This document shows positions 1 through 9,872 of a DNA stretch of 64,000 bases, one piece after another. How positions within the stretch are numbered: the stretch's first letter is position 1; the number at the start of each line of letters is the position of its first letter. The stretch is from the NCBI GenBank assembly GCA_964270895.1, contig OZ185452.1; one strand, written 5' to 3'. This DNA is from Podarcis filfolensis. Taxonomy: Eukaryota. The position numbers and the translations under genes were made by a program. The notes under the pieces are model-generated. The model was not told the DNA's origin. It was given only the letters and a program-made list of their open reading frames with translations, and ran no database searches.

Positions 1-776
1 GCCTTGCTTGGATGGACCAAAGGTCTCACCATGCATTAGACAGCTTAATGTCGAGAGATGGAACGGCAACCAGAGAATCCCCCAAGTCTTTCTGCTCAGA
101 AGCCACATTTGACTTGCTCAAGAAAGTCCCAGACCAGGGCGGGGCAGGGCCTGGTCCATCTCTCAGAAGTGCTTGGGGATTTATTTAGTTAGCCAGGTAC
201 AAATTTAGCCACACCAACAAGGCAAATTAAAATCCCAAGAATGCAGGAGCTGTTCTTGGGTTACAGGTTAGTTTGGCCAAGGATTTGGGGTTAGTTCTCA
301 TGAGAAGCACATGCTGAACCCAAAGGGTTTGAAGCGTGTGGATTTAACGTCACACGGATTGCACCCTCTTCCTTTTTAAAAAATGCTGCCTTGTTGGGAC
401 TGAATCATTATTGGTGCTCTGTTCTTGCTTTTTACAGGGTGATTATTTGACATGTGTGTGTTGGTAGCTTCATATGACACTTCTGAAGTAAGGATTGTAT
501 AAGGATTATTCTCCACCGCCTCCCCTGAAGAATAGAGCCATCAAACCTCAAACAATGAGATTAATAGATTAATAAATCTTCTGTTGCACCTTTCACAGAT
601 GCTAGCACTGTCCAGCTATTGGCACTGGACCAGTTTAAATCTAGTAGCTAGTCTGCTGTTGGTGCAGGGAGCAAACATTGCTTCAGCTTTTCCCTAGAAT
701 AGTTCATCACACTCTTTGATATTGTCTTGATCCTTTGTGCCTCACTGGTGCTAGCTGCTTTGAAATCCTGTTAATG

Positions 777-947
777 AGATCCTTTCCCCAACCTGGTGCC
801 CTCCAGGTATTGTTAAGACTACATCTCCTGCCGGCACAGCCATTTTTGACTACAGTTTCCCTCAGCTCCAGCCAGCATGGTTAATGGCCAGGGCTGCTGG
901 GAGCTGCAGTCCAAGACATTTGCAGAGCACCGGCTTGAGGAAGGCTG
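777..947. mobile_element. Short palindromic hAT-type MITE (CAGCCTTCCCCAACC-type TIR), decayed
   Basis: CCTTTCCCCAACCTGGTGCCCTCCAG ... GGCTTGAGGAAGGCTG; same family recurs more than 10 times in the window. Confidence 0.65.
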
Positions 948-1870
948 CTCTAGTGGAAGAGGGTGGGAAACAGATAAATAGAAATGTTTAAAATAAAATA
1001 AACATCCTCATCCTACTCCTATGCTGAGGGGATGGGAGAGAGGTTTGTATTTCAGAGGTTTATACTAAGGCCTGTCCTTCAGAAGTATTTTTCAAGAGAG
1101 CATTTCCAAACAAATTCACAGCGCTGCCTAGCAAGGCCTCGGCGTAACTAAGCATCCCTCGCTGTCCAGTACCTTAGCAACCAGGTACACATTGCCTTCT
1201 GGGTGTCAGAGGGACTTTCTCCTAACCATCTTTTTTGCTGTAGGGGTGCAAATTAGCTGAGGCTCTGTGAAAGCCAAACCATGCAAGATTCCCCCCTCCG
1301 TAAGATTCTTTTCCCCTCCCTCATGGGTTAGGGCAGCCAACTTTTGCTTAACAAACAAAAAATCCTGGCATCTGGGCATGTTCTGAGTGCAATTCCTTCA
1401 TGACGGGAACTGGCTATTTTATATATATAGCCACATCTATATATGTATATATATATAACTATATATGTAGCCACAACTACATCGGCTTATGGTCCTGTTA
1501 CCTCTGAGCATGTGCAGAGTGCCTCACCATTAAGACAGCAAGCATGTGCAGAACCATTTCCCTGGAAGGGTGCCATCTCTTTTTTGCTGCTTCTGCGAGA
1601 TTGCTTTCTTTTGTTAACCATATGAAGAAGGGAAATAATCTCAAAATTCTCCTAACCCCCATCTTCCTCGGTTTGCTTCCTTGTGTTCTAAAACCGAGTA
1701 GGAAATCCAGGCCAGGCCATCAGCATTCAGGACAAGCGGCTTGACCAGCGCTTAGGCCACTTCAACAGGACAGTTACTCGTATTATTAAGAAATATCGGG
1801 CAGGTTGGCAGCCCTATCCATGGGGCGGGTGGGAGGGGGAGGCGTTGGCAGGCCACCAGCTGTTACTCAC

Positions 1871-2005
1871 TGTGAGCCTGTAAGTCTGCATCATTTTATC
1901 AAACTCCTCATCAATCTTTTTATATTTCTCTTCCGTCTGAGGCGTCAACGTAAACACGTCGTCCCCGTCAGGGCTCTCACACTCTCTATGCTTCTTGTTC
2001 AGCGC
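1871..2005 (-). CDS. MEF2D: MEF2D mutually exclusive exon alpha2 (muscle-type)
   Basis: 135 nt, ALNKKHRECESPDGDDVFTLTPQTEEKYKKIDEEFDKMMQTYRLT, matching the known MEF2 alpha2 type (LTPQTEEKYKKIDEEFDKMMQ); acceptor TAACAG at 2006, donor GTGAGT at 1870. Not in the ORF track. Confidence 0.95.
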
Positions 2006-2161
2006 CTGTTACGTGGCCGGGTGGGGGAGGGTGGGGGGAGGGTGGGGGGAGAAGGTAGTTTGGGTTGGGAGGGGAGGGATAAATCCAACAAACGAACGAA
2101 CAAAAAAAGAAAAAAAAAGAGACAATGAAGAATTTTTTGCCTGGGGTGGCGAGCTACTTAC

Positions 2162-2299
2162 ACCGTAGCGCTTGAACAGGATGTCAAGATCCTCGCTGGC
2201 TTTACGGTATTTGTCTTCCATCAGAGGGCTCTGGTCAATGGAGTCTTCCCCGTCGGGTTCTGGACTGTCGCAACCATTAAAACCTTTCTTTCTTAATGT
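2162..2299 (-). CDS. MEF2D: MEF2D mutually exclusive exon alpha1 (ubiquitous form, aa 87-132)
   Basis: 138 nt, TLRKKGFNGCDSPEPDGEDSIDQSPLMEDKYRKASEDLDILFKRYG; acceptor GTGCTTTCAG at 2300, donor GTAAGT at 2161; candidate branch site ACTAAAC at 2321-2327. Confidence 0.96.
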
Positions 2300-2370
2300 C
2301 TGAAAGCACAACCAGGAGAAGTTTAGTTCCAGAGATAAAACCAGAGGTGGAGAGTGATGAAGAGATAGTG

Positions 2371-2703
2371 GTCTGGTTCACACAGACCACTAAGCCATGG
2401 TTTGTTTAATAAGCAACCTCAAGCTGTCCAATGGGTGATCAAATAAACCATGGCTCATTTCTCCAACAATCAGTTTGTTTTCTTGCAAAATAAACCACAG
2501 TAAGGGAAGGCTGCTGAGTTCTCATGTAACACCAAGCCACAGTTCAAATAAAACAAAGGTTTGTAAGGCCAAAATGAGCAATGGCTTCAGATTGTAGTTT
2601 GCGAGCTGTAAATAAACCCTAGTTAAGCTGTTAGATAGGGTTCAGATGATCAAACAAACCATAGTTTAAGAAACCATGGCTTAGTGTTGTGTATGAATCA
2701 GGC
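2371..2703. mobile_element. Foldback MITE with internal AACCATGG repeats (Harbinger-like TIR)
   Basis: Inverted ends GTCTGGTTCACACAGACCACTAAGCCATGG / CCATGGCTTAGTGTTGTGTATGAATCAGGC. Confidence 0.65.
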
Positions 2704-2789
2704 TAGGATGGTTGCTATGATGACAAGTCCCGCTGTTATGATTGGCCAAGTATGTTGATGGCAGGAAGGAGTGGAAGCCACCATGTAAA

Positions 2790-3110
2790 TGGATCAGTTC
2801 AGATGCCACCTTGACCATGGCTTGTCGTAACTACAGGTTTTAGAACTCTGGATCACAGGCTGAACTTCCAAACAAACAACAGGAAAAACAGGTACCATGG
2901 CTTGTCTGCTTTCATTTTCCATCTACTTGACATTCCCATATTTAGGTGCAGCAACCCTGGAGGGAAAGTGTGACAACAGTAACTCTGGTTTGTCAGTTCA
3001 CATGTGGTGCCAAACTAGGGTTCACATAAAACCACTAATGCAAATTCCCTTCATAAAGCCATATTTTATTCCAGTTTGCTGAGCCATGGTTTGTAAGCAT
3101 CCTACATCAG
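2790..3110. mobile_element. Second decayed AACCATGG-type element
   Basis: Repeated CCATGG and AAACCA motifs similar to 2371-2703; ends approximate. Confidence 0.45.
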
Positions 3111-4114
3111 GGTTTGGAGTGAGGAGAGCCAAACTGAGCCGCTTCAGATGTTTTGCAACCCCAAACTACAGTGATTCTAGCTCTGAGGTCACCACTGGCT
3201 TCTGAAGCAGCTAATAGCAGAGCTAGTTTGAACCAGGGACCATAAATCTCCAGAGGTGGAATTAACTGGAGACTTAAGACGTTGATACTGGGGATTTGCA
3301 GTGATCTTAGATTTCCAGAATTACTCAAGGACTAATGAACTGTGAGAGAGGATTGCACTTTTCTCTCTCAAGGGTCACCTACCACTATGAAGAAGAGCAA
3401 TTATACATTTCATATGCATGCTGGATCTGCATCATTAAGTCTGGGCTCGGAGAGTTGGGGCAGAAAACCTCCATCAAATACCGTGTCTAAGAAGTTTTGG
3501 TTCCACGTGTGGCAGCCAATTTGAAGATTGCTTTCCTCAGCCACACTTAATCATTGTATTTTCAAAATACCAGAAGCAATTAGCCCATATTATGGGATCA
3601 TCACTTGCCAATTTCTTTTAAAAAGTCAACGCTGCAATGTTTCCTGGAAGTCTTGGGCTCTTTGCATGCCAATAAGAAACTGAAAGGGGCATGAGTAAAA
3701 GAGAAAATAAAAAGTTCTTCCCCGCCCCTGACTTTCCTAACAACAGTAACCATTTTAGCTCAAAACACAAGTGAGCAGTCTCTGTGACCAGGCCGGCCAC
3801 TTGTACCTCACCAAAGAAAAAGAAATGCATGAAAAATGCATATGCTAATATATCTGTATAGCTGAAGATTTGGAAATAATGGGTTATATCCAACATTAGT
3901 CATCCTCAGAGTGGACCCACTGAAATTAATGAATGTTATTAATCAAACCCTATCCCTATTTCCTCTTTCTCTCAGCAGTTTCAGAAATTGGGCTAGGAAT
4001 CATTTTTAGAAATGGGAACCCTGACTGCTTTTGTCTCAGCAGGAAATCTCAAGGCCCATTGAAATGAATGGGCATGATGGCACTTCTCCGTGCGCAGAAC
4101 CCACTGATTTCAAA

Positions 4115-4455
4115 GGAGATGGAGCCCTCACAGAGCTCCAGTCCTCAGAGTGGTTCTTCTTTGGAGGTCTTTAAGCAGAGGCTTGACAACCATATGTCAG
4201 GAGTGCTCTGATGGTGTTTCCTGCTTGGCAGGGGGTTGGACTCGATGGCCCTTGTGGTCTCTTCCAACTCTATGATTCTATGATTCTAACATTCAGTTCC
4301 TCTTCCCAGGGAACTCTTGGGACTTGTAGCTCTGTGAAAGGGGGCTCCTGACAACTCTCAGCACCCTATACAAACCACAGCTCCCTGGATCCTTTGGGGG
4401 AAGCCATGACTGTTTAAAGTTGCACAATACTGCTTTAAATGTATACTGCAGAATG
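4115..4455. mobile_element. Harbinger-like palindromic MITE (partial), interrupted by a CR1 3' end
   Basis: Centre and right arm (GGGGAAGCCATGACTGTTTAAAG...GCTTTAAATG) of the family complete at 13194-13519. Confidence 0.7.
4155..4288 (+). mobile_element. CR1 LINE 3' end, (ATTCTATG)n-tail subfamily
   Basis: GAGGTCTTTAAGCAGAGGCTTGAC...CTTCCAACTCTATGATTCTATGATTCTA, the classic CR1 3' UTR and tail. Confidence 0.85.
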
Positions 4456-4469
4456 ATCCTGATACTTTA

Positions 4470-4871
4470 AGAAGAGACATGGAAAGCAATGGATTTATAG
4501 AAGTTTATAAAACGATGCACGGATAAAGAACAGATAAGAGAAGGGACTTCTTCACACGGCACAGCACATGGTTAAAACAGTGGACCTCACTCTTGGAGAC
4601 ACTGATGGCCACCAACTTGGATGGTTTTTTATAGAGGATTAAAAAACTTCGTGGAGTATAAGGCTACCCGTGACTACTAGCCACCACTCTGCCTTCATGA
4701 TCAGAGGCAGCAATGCTTCTGAATATCAGTTGCTGGAAGCCACGGGGGGGGGGGGGAGTCTTGTGTTCGGATTCTGCTTGCAGATTTCCCCATGGGCATT
4801 TGTTTGGCTACAGTGAGAACAGGAATTTGACTAGATGGGCCACTGGCCTGATCCACCAGGCTCTTCTTATA
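4470..4871 (+). mobile_element. CR1 LINE 3' fragment, (TTCTTATG)n-tail subfamily
   Basis: Decayed ORF2 C-terminus plus 3' UTR ...GGCCTGATCCACCAGGCTCTTCTTAT; tail resumes at ~5099 after a MITE. Confidence 0.8.
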
Positions 4872-5096
4872 CAGTGGTACCTTGGGTTAAGAACTTAATT
4901 CGTTCCGGAGGTCCGTTCTTAACCTGAAACTGTTCTTAACCTGAAGCACCACTTTAGCGAATGGGGCCTCCTGCTGCCGTCGCACCACCACTGCATAATT
5001 TCTGTTCTCATCCTGAGCAAAGTTCTTAACCTGAGGTACTATTTCTGGGTTAGCAGAGTTTGTAACCTGAAGCGTCTGTAACCTGAGGTACCACTG
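4872..5096. mobile_element. pogo/Tigger-like MITE
   Basis: TIRs CAGTGGTACCT...AGGTACCACTG flanked by TA duplications (4870-71, 5097-98). Confidence 0.9.
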
Positions 5097-5279
5097 TATT
5101 TTTATGTTCAGGTTCAAGGAGCCAGAGACTTGTGCTGTTTCCAGCAACTGGGAGTCTGAAAAGGAAGACTTACCAGGGACCACACTTCAACCAAAGCTGC
5201 TACCCGCAAGGATTGCTTGCTCTTGAGCAGAGCTCTGATTCCAGGTTCATACCCACATATGAAAGTCTTTGCCCTTCAT

Positions 5280-5394
5280 TCTGACCTGGTCCTGCTTGCA
5301 GGTTTCCCGCAGTTATCTGGTCAGCCACTGTGAGAACAGGAGGCCGGACTGGATGGATCCATTGGCCTGATCCAGCAGGCTCTTCTTATGTTCA
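5280..5394 (+). mobile_element. CR1 3' end fragment
   Basis: CCACTGTGAGAACAGG...GATCCAGCAGGCTCTTCTTATGTTC. Confidence 0.75.
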
Positions 5395-5911
5395 TATGAA
5401 ACTTCAGCATAGAAATTCAGATTGTAGGCTCCTCATCAGAATAATCTCTCCCCCACCTCCGTTTTTTAAATTGCTCCTGTTACTTTGCAAACCACCACAG
5501 AAGACTGTATGAGAGCCAGTTAACAACCGTCATCCTTTCTCTGGGCACAGGGGACAGCCAGTGTTTGGTAGCTCAGTCTGAGGCAGCAGATAAGGGCTCA
5601 GCCATGTGCAATGCAGACTGCAGATTCCTTAGGCCCTGCTAATGGGGCCTGCCACCGGCCGGGTCTCTGAGCAGCTGGCTTGGAGTCGGAAGGAGGGAGC
5701 TCCGGCCGGGCCAATCCAGCCCGTTCCAGCTGGCAGCCACTACAAGCAACATGCTCTGCTACAGAAAGACGCAAAGTACTTTTATGTCAGTAACCTGAGC
5801 AGAGTGTCAACACAAGCAAAAACAAAGCAAAAGAAGGGGCAGCCTGCGTTTCCTAGATCTCACCACATGGGAATTTGGGGGGCTCAGGGGCTTTTGTTAA
5901 AGCAGCAACAG

Positions 5912-6444
5912 ATATAAGACATACGGACACCAGAAGAATCCTGCTGGGTCAGGTCAATGGCCCATCTAGTTCAGCATCCTGTTCCCACAGCGGCCAAACT
6001 TGTAAGCAGGACCCGAGTAGAAGAACTCTCCCCTTTCTTGTGCATCCAGCAACTAGTATTCAGAAGTATTACTGCCTCTGATTGTAGAAGCAGATCATAG
6101 GCATTGTGGCTAGTAGCCATTGGTAGCCTTAGCCTCCAAAACTTTGTCCATTCCTCTTTTAAAGTCATCCAAGTTGGTGGCCATCGCTGGCTCCTGTGCC
6201 AGGGAGTTCCACAGTTTAACAACGTGCTGTGTGAAGAAGTACTTTCTTTTCTCTGTTCAGAATTTCCCAACATTCAGCTTCACTGGATGTCCGTAAGTTT
6301 TCTCCATGCCAGGCATCATTTTATAAGCGCCAACCATGTCGCCTCTACCTCACCTTTTCTCTAAACTAAAAAATCCCAAACGCTACAACCTTTTCTCATA
6401 GGGGAGTCTCTCCATCCCTCTGATCATTCTGATTGCCCACTTCT
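5912..6444 (-). mobile_element. CR1 3' fragment (resumes ~7236-7270 after an insertion)
   Basis: Reverse complement of the CR1 3' UTR and ORF2 C-terminus seen elsewhere in the window. Confidence 0.85.
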
Positions 6445-7219
6445 TTTTTTTTTTTAAATAATTTTTATTAACTGGCCAATCACATCAAATTAAATCACAT
6501 CACATAAATTCCAAATTACAAAGCCAAATTTTTAAATTTTGTTGGGGGAACCCATACTTCAAGATCCAAAGGGGGATTCAAATCATCTTCTTATTACTGC
6601 GTTAGTGTCCAAATCAGTCCCAATCAGTCCAGACAAAGTTCCTAATTCTATCCAGTCTTATCTTGGTGTTTCCACATCATATCTTGTTCATATAATTTCT
6701 CTTTTTCTTTTACGATCTCTTCTGTTAGTCTCCTTAAGCCGATAAGCAAATATAATAATCCTGTGTGAATTTCCCGTTCTTCCAATCTAAGTCCAGATGG
6801 TTTCCATATATCTCCTTCGTAGATAACATCACTCTTTCCATCATAAATCAGGCATTTTTCGCTCTTAAATCCCACGGAGGAGTTAATCCATGATATGTAA
6901 ACAGCACTATTTCTCTCTTTCTCCTCCCAGACCCAAGAGCTCCAACAATGCCTCCCAAGATGGCGACGGCATTTTTAACTGCGTCATTCCAAAACTCTTA
7001 ACTTTCCAGCTTCGTCTTGAAACATTGCTTTGGTTCGAAAGTTTATCTCCACACAGCCTTAAATCACAGCTTAAGTCCTTAAAGTTCTGACTTATTAGGG
7101 GAGGGGATTCTTGTTAAATCACGTAAAAAGGAATGGAAGGTTTTTCCCCCCTCCCCCCTCAGTCATTTGCAATACCGTATCTTGTCGTATCTTCTCATAT
7201 TTTATTCTTGCCTTGTTAA
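6445..7219 (-). mobile_element. Unclassified poly(A)-tailed retroposon, L1-type TPRT insertion
   Basis: Perfect 16-bp TSD CTGATTGCCCACTTCT (6429-6444, 7220-7235); minus strand ends TAATAAAAATTATTT-A(n); no recognisable L1 ORF2 motifs. Confidence 0.85.
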
Positions 7220-7379
7220 CTGATTGCCCACTTCTGAACCTTTTCCATCTCTACATAGCTAGTGCAGTGCATGGGGAAGGCTCAAATGCAAATCCCTGCC
7301 CAGCCATGAGCTAGCAAATCTCTACCTTTCAGTCAATCCTCCCTTACAGAGAGGAAGTGAAATGAGGATCACTCTAAAT

Positions 7380-7508
7380 CGGGATTCCCCAAACCTGGGT
7401 CTCCAGCGGTTTTTGGACTACAACTCCCATCATTCCCAACTAGCAGAACCAGCAATCAGCAATGATGGGAATTGTAGTCCAAAAACAGACCAAGTTTGGG
7501 AAACCCTG
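7380..7508. mobile_element. Short hAT MITE
   Basis: TIRs CGGGATTCCCCAAAC / GTTTGGGAAACCCTG; perfect 8-bp TSD CTCTAAAT (7372-7379, 7509-7516). Confidence 0.9.
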
Positions 7509-9645
7509 CTCTAAATCATGGTTGGTGAACTTCAGGTCTATGGGCCAAATGTGATGCATCCCAGGCATCTCTATGTGGCCCTTCAGAGTCTCCCTGAGGC
7601 CAAGCCACTTCCCAGGCCACACCCCTAACCTGATGCTGTTTGACCCCTTCCTTAAGTGCTTTTTGCCAGGCTGGAATGTGTCCTTGCACTGCGAAGTTGC
7701 CTCTGAACATGCCTGGATGGAGACAGGGGTATGCAGGATTCTCTGAGTTGTGTGTGGCTTAAGCGTTGCCTACTTTACAACGGCAACATTTGTGGCTCCA
7801 TCCACTTTTGGCCACGCCAAGCACTCCTAGGCAGCCTCTAGGAGGTTGCTCATGAGGAAACGTGGCCCTCAGGCCGGAAACAGCTCCTAAGCAAACAGGG
7901 GCTGCAGAATGTTCTAGCGCTTGCATGGTGAGGCTCTGTGAGCACTCGCAACTGCTTTGGCACCCCTGGGGTCCTTGGTATCCCATGACTGGATTCACAC
8001 CACACTACAGGGGCGGGGGTTGACTTGTTTCACCCTATGACACCACCAGGCACCTTCAATATGTGGCTAAAACAGCCGTCCGGGGCACCCAGAGAGGAGG
8101 GTGGGATGTGGCGGCACAGCCAGGCCAGGCCACTGAGAAGCCCCTCCTGAGCCACTGGGGCCTTGGGCCAGGGCCTGACCTGGGCTACTGCTGGCGCCAG
8201 GCCTTTGCTGAAGTCAAATCCCCTCAGCCATGAATCCACTGGGTGACCTTAAACAAACCATCTCAAATCTTGTGGAGAAGTAGGATATAAATGGATTAAA
8301 TAAATCTCTCAGCCACGATCCTCATCTGTGATAAGGGGATGATGACAGAGGGATGTGGGGTGGGGGAAGACTGCGGTGGAGGGTTGTTGCTTTCTTGCCC
8401 TGTGTGTGGGCTTCCTGGAAGAGGTATCTGCCAGTCGCTTTGGCAAAGGGTTTGCTGGCCTAGATGGTCTGACCCAGCAGCAGAATATTGGGTCTTTGTG
8501 GGAGAGGGGTTATATAAGCTGACAGAATTATTCATGATAGCGAACTTCCACGTTCCGTTGCAGTCTACCACTGAATACCAAGCGCTGGGGAACAAGCCAC
8601 AAGGGATGGCCATAACCCCCTGCATTTGGAAAAACCCTAGACTCCTCTGACTCTCTGAGAGAGAGGGTGCCAGACTAGACTGGAACTTTGCTCTGCTCCA
8701 ACAGAGCTCTTTTTATGTTTCTATTCTGGCTTCCCTTACACGGTTGTAGAAAGGGTTCCTGTAGGCACTTTGGGCAAGTCATCATTGGAAGGTCTTGCCT
8801 TAAGTGTCCAGATAGTGTATTCAGCGGTGGCACAAGGGCAGAAGAGTCAAGTGGGTATAGCCAAGGAGGCCCCCAGCCTCTCAAGATCTGTGAAAGATCT
8901 CTGACGTGGAAGGAGGAGATGCAATCTTAGAAAAGGTCAAGAAACATTGGTGTAATCAAATTAGAAGCTGAAGCCAGGAAAGGACTCATTAAGTCTTGAG
9001 ATAATTAGTCATGTAAAAAAGAAACCCAAGAAACGATCACCTAAATCAGCTTTCCCGCACCTGGTGCCCTCCAGATGTTTCGAAGTACAATTTGGGGTTT
9101 TAGAATGGTGGCACTGACCATTTGCAATTCCTGTTATCTTTTCAGTGCCTGATGAAGACCTTTGGAAAGCCTTTTCAGGGGAGATCTTCATCCAAGGCTG
9201 CAGCTGTATTGGAACTATTCTTAACTCGTTTTATAGGGTTGCATTATTTTTATATTGCCTCCCGGGCCTCCTTTGGGAGGAAAGGTGGGTATACATTGAA
9301 ATAACAACAACAACACTTTGTTTTTACACTTTTCTTGTTTTACACTTGTAATTGTTATATTTGTCTACTGATTGTAATATACAAGCAAATCAACTCCCAT
9401 CAGCCCCAGAAAGCATAACCATTTTGGATTCAAACTCCACAGCAACACTGGCTGGAGTTGATGGGAGTTGTAGTCCAAAACATCTGAACTACACTAGGAT
9501 GGGGAGGGCTACTGCAAACAATTACAGCGGCTCTAGAATCTCCTAAGCGCACACCCACCTGTATTTCAACAGCCAATGCTCTCATTTTACCAAAAGTTGA
9601 AATAGGACAATCATCTCCCATGTTCCGGACAGGGCATTTGTTTTA

Positions 9646-9872
9646 CAGTGGTACCTCTGGTTACGTACTTAATTCGTTCCGGAGGTCCGTACTTAACCTG
9701 AAACTGTTCTTAACCTGAAGCACCACTTTAGCTAATGGGGCCTCCTGCTGCCGCTGCACCGCCGCCCCGCGATTTCTGTTCTCATCCTGAAGTGAAGTTC
9801 TTAACTCGAGGTACTATTTCTGGGTTAACAAGAGACTGTAACCTGAAGCATATGTAACCTGAGGTACCACTG
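9646..9872. mobile_element. pogo/Tigger-like MITE
   Basis: CAGTGGTACCT TIRs, TA TSD; close to the 4872-5096 copy. Confidence 0.9.

Noticed and set aside
1411-1470. AT-rich near-palindrome as a MEF2 site
   Set aside because: No 10-mer fits YTA(W)4TAR; better explained as an interrupted (TA)n tract.
2009-2161. C-terminal extension VSSSPPQAKNSS... of the 100-aa ORF
   Set aside because: It starts at a perfect GTAAGT donor and translates a low-complexity pyrimidine tract.
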